In this document: positions 24,162 through 37,700 of the stretch, piece by piece
Position numbering within the stretch: the first letter of the stretch is position 1
Layout of the letters: the number at the start of each line of letters is the position of its first letter
Source: Raillietiella orientalis
Lineage: Eukaryota
DNA length: 64,000 nucleotides
Direction: 5' to 3'
NCBI GenBank assembly: GCA_036172245.1
Contig: JAYWIR010000022.1
Coordinates: 1,550,001 to 1,614,000 of the forward strand
Notes under the pieces: model-generated
Seen by the model: the letters and a program-made list of their open reading frames with translations, nothing else
Told to the model about the DNA's origin: nothing
The model's database searches: none
Translations under genes and position numbers: made by a program

Positions 24162-26109
24162 CTGAGAAGCAGACACGACAGAGGGCACCCACAGAGAGAG
24201 GGCAGTTGTCTACGAAGGCAAGAGGCGATGTGACGAGTCCTTTTTAACCCGCTCTCCTCTCCAGATCCTCTCCTCCCTTAATCCTCCCCGGATCCACTAG
24301 CTCTCACCCAAAGCGAACGAGCTCGTTCTCAACGCACTTTCCCAAGATGGCGTCGATGTGTGGGGCGCTCTTCCTCGCTTGCTCTCTTCTCTCCCTGTCT
24401 CTCCTTTGTTTTTACTTCTACATCAAGAACGAGCTTGAAAAAGAAGCTGGCTCATAGGCTGGGCATCAGTGCTGTGGGCCGTCCCGATGGTCGTTCTCCT
24501 GTCCCTTTTGCGCTAAATTGAAGGTACGAGACAAGGGAGAGAAAAAAGCCATAACAATTTTTCCCCTCTTTTCACCTTTGTCCCCTTTCCAACTTCTTTC
24601 GCTTCTTCTCATTCGTATCTTATCCATCTTTATCTTCTCCATCATCTCCTCTTCTTCCTCCTCAGTTTCCTCTTTTCTTCATAGTCGTCATCATCACCAT
24701 CTTCTCCCCCATTCTCAGTTTCTTCCTCGCTCTGTTCCACTGCTTCCGGATTTTCATTGGCAACATCTTCATTGCCCTCATCTTCTCTGTCCCCTTCCAC
24801 ACCTAGGGTACGTTCCTTCCCTGAGCCCTCTGCACCGTGTTCTCGAACCGCCTTTCCTAGGCCGGTAGTTCGGGGAATGGGAATCTCCCGATTCTCTCTC
24901 AGGAATCCCCGTGCCTTTATATTGCTCCATTCAGATAAGCTCCAAGAGAATGGGAAGGGTCGAGCGCGAAGAGTTTTTCGACTCCTGTTTTTTTCTCTTT
25001 CCTCCTCCTCCTTCTCATCCCTCTCTGCACTGAGTAAGCCCAGGTTCGTACAACCGCCTCCTGGACGAAAACGGAAGGGTTCCTCCTACTCTTCCACCAT
25101 ACCACCGGAGATCTTACCGATCTCCCCCTAGAGGGAAACCGCTGTCGACGTGCGAACTCAGTTCCCAGATAAGAGCGGGACAAAAACAGCCACCTTCACC
25201 CGCTTTCGAGGCCGCATCACCGCATCACCTGCATCACTGCATCCCATCTCTTTCGCCGCCATGATCCGCTGCTCAGCAGGGGGGAAGGGTCAAGTAGACT
25301 CCCAGGGCTTGGTCCCCAGATAGGAGAAGCACCACGACTGTCTCCGCGCATCCCGGAGGAGGGAAAGAGGGACAACGTTCACTGGTCCTCGAGCAAGACA
25401 TTAGTCGTCAAGTCTCTCTCCCCATCATCACTACCAAGAGCACCTGTTGCTTTTCTTCCCCACTTCATCAGTGCTTCCCTCTTCCTCTCTCTATCTCTCA
25501 CCTCACTGTACCTTCAGTTCACCCTTGAATCTATCCTTTTCCCCTCCACTCCCTCTTCTAGATGTTTCGGCGAGCTGCAGGACGGAGGCAGGAACCCCGC
25601 GTGAAACCGGAGGTCGTCAGATCCGGATTCCGTGGCTTGAAAGCCCAAGGAGATGGGGTCAGCTCTCCTTTATTCTTGTCTGCCTCTTCCTCTCCCCTAA
25701 TCCTTCTCGGATCCTCTGGCTATTAGCAAGAAACGACGCCTCAAGGCAGCGAGTCGCAAGCAGTTGTCACGTTGGGGTCACGTGACAACTGCTTGCTGAT
25801 TTCCCGCTCCTAGCCTTAGGAGCCCCTTGTGCCCTTGAAACTCCGTCGTTCTAGGACCAGGTGCCGAGCGCGAACCGACAGAGGGAGAGAGGAGGAGGAA
25901 GGAGGAAGAACAGAGAGAGAAAGAGGGAGGAAGACTTTCTTGAGTTTCCAGTTTGGGAAGCGCGGCTTACTGACAGAGACATTCTCCTAGAGGGAGTCAG
26001 AGGGTCCTGCGGAAGACAATCTTCGCTTTCCGGGTTACATTTCACGGCCAGTTCCCGCAGCTAAAGGACTTTAGGCACCTTTCCTCCTGGGAGCCGTGCT
26101 ATGAGAGTC

Positions 26110-26148
26110 CTGTGGAAGAGGATGTGTGTGACCCATCCTCTTCCACAG
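26110..26148. repeat. Hairpin, 15-bp perfect stem, 9-nt loop
   Basis: CTGTGGAAGAGGATG-tgtgtgacc-CATCCTCTTCCACAG. Confidence 0.85.
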
Positions 26149-26282
26149 AGCAGAAAAGAGGCAACGCTGGGCAGGGGATCTGCATCATAGGAATAAGGCG
26201 ATCCGCTTGAGGGAGACGGTGGCAGATTCTGTGGCGCTCAGGCGCGAATCGAGGTTTCGGAAAAGGTGGAAAAAGGAATCAC

Positions 26283-26390
26283 CTGGAGGCATCTTGCTAT
26301 CCAGAGAGTACTGGTGGCTGAGCGTACGAGAGGGGTCCCTGCGGCGGGGAACATCGGAGTCGTCCACGGTACTCCTGGACCTCGGCGCTC
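26283..26390 (-). CDS. Coding exon: (G)APRSRSTVDDSDVPRRRDPSRTLSHQYSLDSKMPP(G)
   Basis: cacttgcag| acceptor, CAG|gtgatt donor; 108 nt, phase 1 to 1. Confidence 0.6.
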
Positions 26391-29094
26391 CTGCAAGTGA
26401 ACACAGGTATTGCGTGATGGCTGGCGCTCAGCTACACAGGGGGCCCTTTTTTTTCAGGTAAGCGGGAGGAGCAAGAAGAATAAGGGAAGAGGACAGAGCG
26501 CTGAGGTGTGCAGCAAACTCAGAGCCAGTCAGCCAGATGAGTTTTGGAAGTGGCCTCCGGAAGGAGAGCAGAGGGAAGGGATTGGGGTAGTGCAGCGCTT
26601 GCTCTTCAGAGAAGGCTTTCATTGCCCTGCCGCACCCACCCCTTCATGTCCCTCTGTTCCTCCAGTTTGCTCCTGAATCCCTTTCAGGTGAGGAACAAAA
26701 AAAGACTTTGGTCTCCATAGGTGCTAGTAGGAATGGGTTGCTGCGGGAATTTCGATCCTCTTCTCCATGATATCCAAGAGACTCGTGCAGCCGGAGACAG
26801 CAGGGAGAACCAAGAGCAAGTGCTCTCTAAACTCTTCTCCCTTATTTCCTTACTGAATGGCTCCTCTGTGTGGCGGCTGCTCTGTGGGCTTGAGATGTAG
26901 AAAGAAAGGAAAACGAAGAGGTATGAGATGTGTGAATGGGAAGGAGAAATAATTGACTCTTCTCAGTCCCAAGTTCCCTTCCCCTTCCCAGCCCACCTTC
27001 TGTTTCTAAGTCTCGGATGGAAGAAACTGTTCCCAGGCAAAGGAGTTCACTTACTTTGAACCAGATCTGGGCGCCTCAAGAACTCCTGCTTCATCCGAAA
27101 CACACCTTGGTCCGCATGCTGGAAAAGGACCTGGTGTTAGAGAGCGTTGGGGTCGCAAACATCACCCCTTGATGCCCTCCTGGAAAGCTAGGAAAGTTTG
27201 TCTGGGTTCCCTCTAGCTTAATTTTTCGGCGAAACGCGAGTCATCACACGCGAAAGACCGAAAGCAGAGAGCGCCAGGGAACAATATGTTGAATAAGACC
27301 GGCTTGGAAAGCGGACGGTCCTGTGTTTCCAGTGTGGAGAGCAGTGGTAGTGACCTCCCACACCGTGATGTAGAGAAGAGAAAGCAAACCGAGCTCTGGG
27401 ATCCTCTTCTCAGCCCCCTATATAGCACACTCCTCCATTGCTGAGTACCCGTCCTCTCGGCCACGAAGCATCTCAGAGAGCAGCAGAGGACGCTCACTTT
27501 TTTCCTTCCTTTCCCATCGAAAGGGGAAGGGTCGATGGGGGTCTTGAGAGCAGTGAAGCCAGTGAGCACCGCAGGAAGGTGAAAAAGCGTGTCCATGATC
27601 CGAGGATCACTGTCGGCGACCACAGAAGAAAGCAGCTAGTGAGCGGATGGAGGACGCGCCGTGCTTCAGCGTCCCAATTGCCGTTGTTTCCGACCGATCG
27701 AGAGAAGGTAGAAAAGGGAGAAGCACCGAATTTCATGCACGACGCTCCTTTGTCATGAGGATTACTGACGTATCCCGAAACAATGTTTATTCGTCAAAGC
27801 CCAGCGGAGATCGCATCCTTCTTCGTTTAGCAATGATCTGTGCGAGAAAAATCCATCCTCTCATCTTTGCAATACCCACGAAGCCCCCTCTTCTCTTGAA
27901 CGAAATCTGAGGAAGGGAGCTTCCGTCGACAGGAGAATCACTCAGACCCGAGAGAAACCTCGCTCCAAGAGCCGATCGTTGATGGGGTTTCGGCTGTTGA
28001 GCAACCATTTCCAGACTGGGGAAGGTAGAGGAAGGAAGTAAAGCTCTGATCTGCGCGCGTGCAAGAGATGCCTTCATTCAGTGTCTTAGACCACAAATGT
28101 GCTCTCCAGTTGCACATGGAAACCGGCCATGCCTTCTCCAGACGAGAGAGCCTCGGATCAACCCACCAGACTGTGACAAGAGGTTCCTTGGGTATCTTCT
28201 GACTCGAGATGTCTTTCCGATGCAGCACCATCTTCCTTTCCCCCTCACTCAGATAGGGCGTTGTCTGCAGAGAGGAAAGCGGCGTGGTTGCGTGAAGCAG
28301 GAGGCTCACGTATGTGGCTCACCTCCCTCGAAGGGAAGGACAGGTTAAACCATGGCTTCCATGAAGACATAAGAGCTCTCGGAACTTTTTCCAGTGACCT
28401 ATGGAAGCTTCAAATTTCACTTTCCGGTCTCCAAAGTCATATTCGAAGTCATCACAGCAGTCATGTTCGCATCCAAGCTGGTCACATGCAGCTTTCAGTC
28501 ACGGTTCATCAACCCGCAGGTCATGTGCAGATTCTTGAGACTGGTTTGAGTTCATACCAGCAGACTAGTGGGATGGCACGTGGGCATCAACGCAGTGAGC
28601 TCCCACCTAACCTAACTTCTGAAGCCTACTAATTTAGGTCAGGAAGGAGATGGAATTCGATCGAGTCACCTGGGATCACCGCACAGGACTGTGTCGCGCG
28701 CTCACCCCGAGCCGGAGGAGGCCGCGGCGCCTCTGAAGAAGATAGCGCGGAACCGGACGGAGCTACTCGTAGCTCAGAGAACAGCTTTCTCGGGAAATGA
28801 AGAGGTCACGAAGATAAAGGAGGAACAGCCGCCTCCACCCACGACCAGTGCAAAGCCAGCGGACCCGCTCTGCTGTCCGGAGGCCGGTTTCGCCGAGCTT
28901 AACAGGTCTAGCTATTCCTCCCCGCCGCAGTCGCCCCCTTATGCCCGTCGAGGCAGAGTCACTGCCTCCATCGTGTGCAAGTAGTACCCTACTTCTGCAA
29001 ACATCTTTAGAACCGGTAGGTGCATTGCTTAGGGAATGACGTCACCGTTCCCAAGCTCATCCGCTCTTCGTCTCTAAAGGCAGGACACTGTCAC

Positions 29095-29194
29095 CTGGAT
29101 CTGCCCCTTTCGCGGCGATGCTGCGAGTCATAAAGAGGTGTTGCCGCTGCTGCGTCTGCTCAAAGGAATCAGAACGGGTAGCTCCATGGAAGAA
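29095..29194 (-). CDS. Coding exon: FFHGATRSDSFEQTQQRQHLFMTRSIAAKGADP(G)
   Basis: tttctcag| acceptor, CAG|gtgaca donor; 100 nt, phase 0 to 1, links both neighbours in frame. Confidence 0.6.
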
Positions 29195-29707
29195 CTGAGA
29201 AACGTTTCCCCTATGGACTTTGACCCAAAATGAAAGGAGAATATCGTGAGTCACGCAGGCGGTACCCTCCATTTGGGGTACTGTGAAGTGGCATTATCCT
29301 CTTCCCTCCCACCAACAGAAACCGCAGAAGCAAAAGGGAAACAGCATTCCACGATCGGTCTTGTTCACGATCCCGGCGAAGTCTCCGAATGGCGATCCCA
29401 GGGGATTCCATACGGAATTTCCGGAGGAACGGAGGAAGCGCGGCGGGAGGTACGCTTTCCTGGTGGCAGGCAGAGTTTGGGTCCCCTTCGCCACGTCTTT
29501 TTTTTTGGAAACGACCACTTCTAGCCTTCTTTCTCGACAGCGCGTTCCTACCAAACCATAAAGAGCAGCGGATGCAAGTGCCTCCGCACAGGGTACAGTA
29601 CCGAAGCCCTGAGGGCTTCTTCGGACGCGTTTTCTCCTAATTTTCCCTATACAGCAGCGTCTGTAGCTTTCAGAGAGGAGGAAGGGGGAGAAGAGGATGC
29701 GTACTAC

Positions 29708-29845
29708 CTGGTCAGCTGCTGAGTAACTCTTGGCGTCTGCCGAGGGCTGCTGTAGAGAAGGAGGCTGCAAGCCCTCGTATTTCATGCGCGACTCCAGATC
29801 CTTTTTCAGGGAACTGCTCCTCTCCGGGTCGGCCATCTTGTCCAT
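29708..29845 (-). CDS. Coding exon: MDKMADPERSSSLKKDLESRMKYEGLQPPSLQQPSADAKSYSAADQ
   Basis: ttctcttgtatgcag| acceptor, CAG|gtagta donor; 138 nt, only phase 0 is open. Confidence 0.7.
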
Positions 29846-32569
29846 CTGCATACAAGAGAAACGTATGTGAGGCCTCCCAGCTGCAACACCGGAAGCTACA
29901 AAACCTCGGTCCTTTCCCTCTCTCGCTGCCCTTCCTCCCCTCTTTCTACTCTGCCCCTCTCCACGCGCCCGCTTATCACTTGGGAGGAGGAGCTTTTCCT
30001 TCTCTTCGAATCCATACGTTCATGCCTTTAATCGGGGCTCTGGATAGCGCAACGGGAACCCCTTTAGTTTCCGCATGGCCCATTTCGTTCCCAGCAGGAC
30101 GAAGTCGCTGGATTGCAGACAACGCGCCCTCGAAGGCGAACCGTCCTCAAGACGAAATTCGTAGCAAAAAGCCAGAGGGAGGTCCCTTCGAGAAGTGCTT
30201 TTCCTCTTCAGGAGAAGCAGGAACGAATAGAAGAGGAGGAGGCTCAAGCAGGGTGTTGGGGAGGCACCCTGTATGCATGCAGAGGAGAGGAGAGGGAGAC
30301 AGGAGATAGACCAGGAAAGAGCGGTACCCACGGCGGTGGATCAGGACGAAGAGCCCACAATGGTGATTTTTCGCGAAGTTGCAGGTCCGCTATGCAGCTT
30401 TTACACAAGGCGACAGAGGCGCTCCAGGTTGCGAACAGCTCCCAAGCCCGCCACCGTGGCAACCTCCCACGTGGTGGGAAGGGAGTGGCAGGCTGTGATG
30501 CTCCCCGTCTTCGAAAGGTCGTTCTACTTCATGCGGAAGCGCACTCCCTTGTCCTTCCGCAGTCCGTTGATCCAACTGCCTGTCTATCGTAGGCAACGTA
30601 GGGAGACCAAACGCTACGAACACGGGACACATGGACCTCATAACACCAAGCCTCGATAAATCTTAAGAGACATAAGGATCCTCTTCAAAGTCCAGGGCAT
30701 CTCCTCCGCCTTGTGTGGGATTCCGAGGGGAGCGACTCCAGATCCCGGCCAGCACGAGGAAAGGGGAAAATAAAGCGTTCTGCCTGGGTCGCCCAGCACT
30801 TGGATGGGAGCCCGCTGGCTCGGGATGCTCGTTCTTATCTCTGATAGAAGGGACGTTCCTTCTCACATTAACGAGGAGTAGCCTCCTTATCAAAGATGCT
30901 GAAGTGCTTCCTCGGCATCCTCTCATCATTTCTACTTTGCTTGTCCCCTTCCAACGAGATGGGAGGCAAGGCACTAGATCTGGCATCTGCTTGGTAGCAT
31001 CTGGACATCTTTCTTTAGATATTGGGTCAACTACAGTCTTTCCGAACCTCCTTTCCTTTTCGCTCCCAATTTGACTAGGTACTTTCCAGGTCAGTTGCCC
31101 TGAGGAAACCTCCCAGCATCCTCCGAACGGGAAACAAGAGCCGAATTCGGAACCGGATTTCATAATCGCCTGGAAGGTTTCCCTTGCGTCCGCTTCTGAA
31201 ACACCACCCCTCTATGATGTTTCAGGAGAATCTTCAAGAGCGTGGATATGTATGGATGAAAAGATGGATGAAACACAGTCGTCAGCAAGTTCTCCAGTGC
31301 CACCGTGAATCACATGACGAACGTGGCCAAGCGGTGCAGGCAGGGACCTCTCAAACTGAGAGGAAGAGGTACCTGCCTCCAACGGCGAGGGGACCATTCA
31401 TCGCGGTGCTGCAAGAGAAAAAAATCCGGGAGCAGCTGGAGGCGCGCCGACCACATCCAGAAACCGAGAGTCAGAGAATCGGATCTGCTGGCAGCAAAAA
31501 TCAATGCAGCGAGGCCTAACAAGGGTGCGGATGCCCGCGATGATCACAAACCGGCACGCGATGTGGAAAAAAAAAACCTTCCCCCATTCTCTGCGATTGT
31601 GCATTGGAGGTGTAGAGAAGGGGGAACAACCTTGTTCCTCCCCAGAAGCCTCGTATCGGGCACGCAACACGATCTCTGGATTATGGAAGATAATAAGACT
31701 CGGAAAAAGGACCAAAAAAACTACCCCTATTTTCTGGAACCTTCCGAACGCGCCCTCTAGATTCTCGAAAGTTTTCCTTCTCTCGAGGAAGACACACCAG
31801 AGCGATCAGAGCTTCAGAAGGGACGTCGAGGACGATACTTCATAAGCCTGTGGAATGAAGAAGGAGAGCTGATTTGATCCTAAATTGGCGCAACTCCCTA
31901 TTTTAGCTACCCATTCTCATGAGCCCTCCGTCAGCAGTGGCTCTCCATCCCTCTCCCAACAATTTTTCTATCGACGCCCAACACATAAGTCAAGAAAAAG
32001 ATCACCCGTAAGTCACAAATGACCATTATCGTTGAACCACCTCGACACAGCATCACCGGAGTGGGAACTCCTTCCCTTGCTCCATAGCAGAAGCGACGAA
32101 ACGCCTAGGTGGAGGCTGGCTGGCTCGCCGATGCGAGACCCCAGTGCCACCAAACCAAAGCACTGCTTTGATGAGCGGAGTTTATTAACGTTCCGCCTGA
32201 TGACCCCGCGGTCCTTTCCGTGCTTTCGGATAGCCCTACTGCTGCCTTCTACGCTTCAGGAGTGCTCTCACATGGATGGGGGACCATACATCCCACCTTC
32301 TTCCTCGACAAAGAGGATGGTGAAATGGTCCCATCTGTACGTACCAAAGAGTGAAGGAAGACGCGGGCTACATCTGATGCAGGCCGTGCAGCCAGTTCTT
32401 CCCCCACTCATTTATTCCATTCATTGCTATCTTCTCTTAACTGCTAAGCTATCTCTTGTAGTCGACATGCGAGTCGGCAGTTTACTCTCCCCCTTATGGG
32501 AACTTTGAGTGTTACGTAGGTGTTCCTGCGTGACACTAGAAGTTCCAGGAACTCAAAGACTGGTGTCAC

Positions 32570-32800
32570 AGGATGTAAATACATAACTACCATTACACTC
32601 ACTCTTGCCAACACGCTCGTAGATCCATTCACGACCACTCTAGGTCCACTCTTCCCAATCATCGAACCATGAGCTCTCAGCCTCAGCAACGTGTACCATC
32701 AATTTCATCAGGTACAGTCCCATATCCAATCATCAAGTCCCTAATTATACCCAAATATGGCACTACTTGAGCCGCCATAATCCCCAATGCACCTCCCAAA
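32570..32800 (-). mobile_element. Possible LINE RT C-terminal remnant in an intron
   Basis: VVPYLGIIRD resembles the KYLGxxxD motif; many stops; composition differs from the flanks. Confidence 0.3.
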
Positions 32801-34045
32801 CTTAACGAATGAGACTCATTGAACAAACGCAAACCCACAGCTAAATTTGCAAGTCTTCCCTACACCTCGTCCACCAAGAAAGGACTATAGGAAAGCACAG
32901 AATTCAGCATGCGGTCGCACAGGCTCCACGAGGAAAAGAACGGGTTCCGTCACGGAAAAGGAGTTTGCCGGAGCACGGAGACTATTAATTTTGAGGGGTT
33001 AGAAAATGGGAAGAACAGGAGTTTCGTGCCACGAGCTCACCAGGATACGATCGGACATGAGGCGTAAAGGAGGGGGGGAGAATAGGGGAAACTCCAGCGG
33101 GTGGAAGTCAAAGCGAATCTCGGCGCTAGGGAAAACAACTAATGCAACTCCGTTCCTGGAGCAAGGGACAGACGATAGAACGAGCAGAGCAAGTCGTTCG
33201 GCTCTACGTGAGGTATCACGGATACAAGGAGCTCCCCTGAAGAAGAGTAAACTGGCCGTGGGTCATCGAAAAAGGTTTCATGCGAAGTTCCAAGGAGATA
33301 GCCTGAAAACTCGTGCCAAAGAACTACGGATGGCCAAAATGTGATGTCCGATACTGAAAAAAGGTAACGGAAGCAGTGGAGGATGATCTTTGATCGGAAA
33401 AAAGGAAACAGATTCGGATAGGTGATTCCCAGAACGGATTGAACATCCATGATTCAACCCGCCATCAGCACGTGAACCTTTCCGTGCCCCGATATCTCAA
33501 AATCTCTGAATGGATGGTTTCACCCGAGCTTCCATGCGCAGAAGCTTGAAGATGGAGCATCGCCGCCGCAGACGAGGAAGTCACATAAGTGTCCCACCAT
33601 CCCGACAGATGACGAGGATGATGAAAAAAAAAGATTGGCACCGTGAGCAGATCAGTCAGGGGGGAAGATTTGATTTCCATTCGTTGAGATGAACCTTGGT
33701 GATGCCATGGAGGATGTCCAATCTCTACAACTCCCAAACACTCCTCGAAATTCGGTTGAACGGCCCCCCGGTTGTCCTTCGATGCGCCTGCTCTTCCACT
33801 TCAACGAATGTGCGGCCCGATTCACATGCTCCGCGTTCGTCCGGAACTCAGGAAAAGGCATCTCAAACTGGTACTTGAGTGGGGTCATTAGCGCGACACG
33901 AGACTTCGCGAAAGAAACGCCTGGTCCCCCCACACCATTCCTGCTATAGGACCATTCCATCGCTGTCACGTGTTCTTTGCTCTTTGCTCCACTCTCTCGA
34001 GACTCGATGAGCTGCGACAATTCTCCCTCGGAAAGCTGGTCTCAC

Positions 34046-34166
34046 CACCCAGAAGCACCACTTGAACCCGATGATTCGATTCATCCGTGTTTCGATCTCT
34101 CGTAGCCACACGGATAGAGGAACCGAATTCTCAGTCCTCCTCGTTGGGTGCTTCGCACGAAACCAT
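34046..34166 (-). CDS. Candidate exon: WFRAKHPTRRTENSVPLSVWLREIETRMNRIIGFKWCFWV
   Basis: ctgcatcag| acceptor, GTG|gtgaga donor; 121 nt, phase 2 to 0, which bridges the 39.2 kb and 29.8 kb exons. Supported by phase logic only. Confidence 0.35.
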
Positions 34167-34783
34167 CTGATGCAGAGGAAGCAGTACTGAGCAGCTGACA
34201 AATTTTGGGCAACGATGATCCGTAGGCACCCCTCACGCTCAGTATTGAGAGCTGTTGTCGAAGCACTCTAGACGAAAAATGCAGCAGCAGCAACCACGAA
34301 GACTTTGTGCCTGTCTAAGGGGAACTCCACGTGCGTGGGCGCGTACCCATCATCGATACCGCCAATTTGTGGAATTGGTTCAGCAAAGTGACAGTTATTC
34401 TCTGCCACACGAGAGAGAAGGAAGGATCGTATCGCTACGTCCTCCATCTCTTTGTGGCACAAATTGCTCTCTTTCTTCTCTCTTTCAGCGCTGGCTGCGA
34501 AACGAGCGTCAGTGACCGAACCTACCGAGGATTTTTTCAAGGAGTTCAATTTATCGCTGTAAAGTGTGATCGAAGCTTTGAAGCTGATGATCACTCCTCG
34601 GAGGACTCTCACTCCCAAATAATTCCTGGTTCGGTAGAGGACGAGAAGGAACTCACTCGAATGACCACCAAGATCGTCCATAGACGAGAATTTGGTGCTC
34701 TGGACTTGAAGTGCTCCCACCGATCGGAAGGCTCCACCTCTCGATTTCTCTTTGAAAGGGATTGCTTGGAAATTTCTTTTTCT

Positions 34784-34799
34784 CCCCCCCCCCCCCCCC
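34784..34799 (-). repeat. C16 homopolymer (G16 on the minus strand)
   Basis: 16 consecutive C. Confidence 0.9.
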
Positions 34800-37700
34800 G
34801 CACAGCTGCTTAATGCATCGTCCCATCCCCTCCTCTCGTCGGAAAAACAGAAACGCACGATCAGAGTCATCAATTTTTCTGACGATTTTTCATTTTGCTT
34901 TCCTCACGGGATGTGTGATGATTTCTAATGGCGGACGCGCATTTCTCTTCTATTCGCGAGACCGCGTATACGTCTCCTCCCTTCTTCTCTCTTCCTTTTT
35001 TCATTCGAATTCCCCTCCATCCTTCTGGCATGGACCCGAGTCAATTCCGCCGTGACCCTTTGTTTATCTATCTACCGGTGTTCCTCCTTCTATTGCCCAT
35101 AGCCCGTCTCCACATGAAGGTCCGCCTACGAGTCCCCCCTCCCACGGTGAATCACCCGTACGTCTGCTCGTTAGGGGCAACATCCCAGGGAGCTGATCAG
35201 AGATGCACCCAGGCAAACGAGCAGCCGTTCCGCCTGTCGCCTTGAACGCACACTCCGTTCTCCGCAGCAAATAGCCGCGCAGAGCGTCACAAAACGATCA
35301 GTTGGTTAGCTAAATCCTGTTTCACGTCTCGTCAATGACGCAGCACCACCAAGAGGAAATCGGGAGCAGAAAATATCCCTCGACACCGAGGAACGTTTTC
35401 CCTGAAAACTTCCTGGGAGCCTGCTCTTCCGAAGGAAGTCTCGAGAAAGACCCAGGTGAAAGTCCAAAACAGGATCAAAAGTTTACCTTTCTCTCTTTCG
35501 CGTAGGGACCGGATGTGTATTCCTTCGGAGGCATCTCGTCGGGGCGGGGCATGGCATTTTCCAAGGCTCTACACAAAGAGAAAAAGAAGTACAGCACACA
35601 CCGCACAGTTGATGACCCGCGCTCCCCACCTGCAAGTGGGGAGGGTGTCGCCGATTGTGACCTCGAGGTGGTCACGAGGCAAGCCCCGAATTCACAACGC
35701 TCAAGTTATCCCCAGCCACTTCTATCACGCCTGCCTCCCGTCTCTTACTCCACCCTTCGCATACGCCGAAATGCCTAGTTCTACTTTGCTACTGGAGAAA
35801 GGATCGCAGCGTCGAGATGGCAACCGTTTCCAAGTCAACCGGCACCTACCGAGGTGGCGGCGATACACTCTGATCTTGGCCAAAAAGGCCGAGAAGCGAT
35901 GCAGCACAGGTTCCACACAGCAAGTCAGCTAGTGGACCACTGAAAGAAAAGTCTTGAAGAGAAAGAAGTGTCCAGTAGTATCGCGGTTCCGGACTCCACT
36001 TGACCGGTAACGACTCCAGTAACATCTCTGGGTGGTAAGGATCGGTGAGTCCAGGAAGACATGCCGGCACTCAGGACGAAAGAGTGAAGAGGGAGCCGAA
36101 CAAAGAGTGACGCAACGAAACTCCAGCCCCAGGAGGAACGGCAAGAGGAGTATCTTTCGCTCTTCCCGATCACCGACGAGAAAAGTTGCCGACACGGGGC
36201 TGTTCGGGCGTAGGGATTCCATCGACTCTGCCTTGTGATTCTCTCGAACGGACGCGCACCAAGTTGTCGGCGTCTCTTCAGCCCCGGATGGAAATCCTCT
36301 GGCTGTCTAATCCGCATTCCCGGAGGATGGACGTTCCCTCCTACGGGACTCGCGTCCGCTTGTCGCCCCGGCCGGGAATAGGCGCCCCCCGGCTGACGGA
36401 CGCTGACTCACTTTTTCTGACTCGGAAAAGGACGAACATCACAACTAGACTTCTTGGTGGAGCCCAGTTGCGATTGAAGCAGCAGTCGAGGATAAGGAAA
36501 AGGAAGGAGGGAGGAGGAGGAGATGTTTCAGGAATGACGGTGGAGCCAACGACGACCACGGAAGATTGCCAATGCGATCGGACGCGCAACGGGAAGTTCT
36601 GCTAGACCCACAAGCCGTGACGTCCCTTCGCAGAAGTTCGGCAAGTCACTCGGCCGTCCGAGCAGAGCCCGAAGATGGCCAATACGCTACTGCCACCGAC
36701 GAGATGAGCGAGAATCGAGGAATGAGATTGGCGCATCTGCAGCTCCTCTGCAGCCTAGTCGAAAACAAAGTCTTGTCCCTCTTCTTTGAAGTCGTGCCGA
36801 GAACCCCTTGCTCCTGCCTTCTCCCTTTTCCTGACACTCTTCAGGAAGATAGAGCTCCTGAAGAACTTCCTGAAGAGCCGGTGAGAGTCCGTAAAAAAAA
36901 AAGGCAACCGAACTAAAAAAAAGCAGTCAGAAGGCGAAAAAGAAAACCAAATGAAGATTTCGTTCTTCTGTTCCCAGCCTTCCGCTCAACACAAAAAATG
37001 ACAAATAAAGTATCCTCTGGATGCATGCAGCCTGACATTCTTAAGCTTTCTTAAGCATCTGGAAGCACGCGATCGCGCACACAGTTTTTCCCCTCCCTCA
37101 GAGGAGAGGAAGTCCTCTATAAGTTGCCTGTGCAGAGACGACGGGGAGGTGTGTTGTTCACCGTGTGCGCTCCTCTCTTTTCGTCCGAAAAGAAATGGAG
37201 CTAAATCTATTGAAGATCACGCGAGAGCCCTTCGTTTCTGGAAGCGACGGCAGGGATGCGAATCGGGAAGTCGAGGAACAAGAGGTAAACGTGGCCTAGG
37301 CGGGAAGAGCCGCGCGATTGGCCTGACCCATCGGATGAGCTTCCTCCCCCAAATACCCTCACGCGTGACCTGCCGAGAGTGCAAGGTGGCCCCCTGCATG
37401 TGCTACACACGTCTCTCGGAGCAAGCTGTTAGCCACATGAAGCAGGTTCGCGGTCCTGGTGTGCCTCCTTCTTGAATCTCAGTCACTATTTCGGACCTTC
37501 GCATCAGTGAATGTCATCGCTGACCAATGGTGTGGTTGGCAGGAACCAGACAGCCGCATCTGCGACCAGTACACCCTTTCTTCGCTTTTGAAGGAAAGTT
37601 TTCACTCTTTCCTTGTGCCCTTCCACGTCATCCTCACTCTTCTTCTCCGGACGGTGCTGAGAGCATGTCCTACGCCCAGTCCTGTTTTATTCCACAGCAT

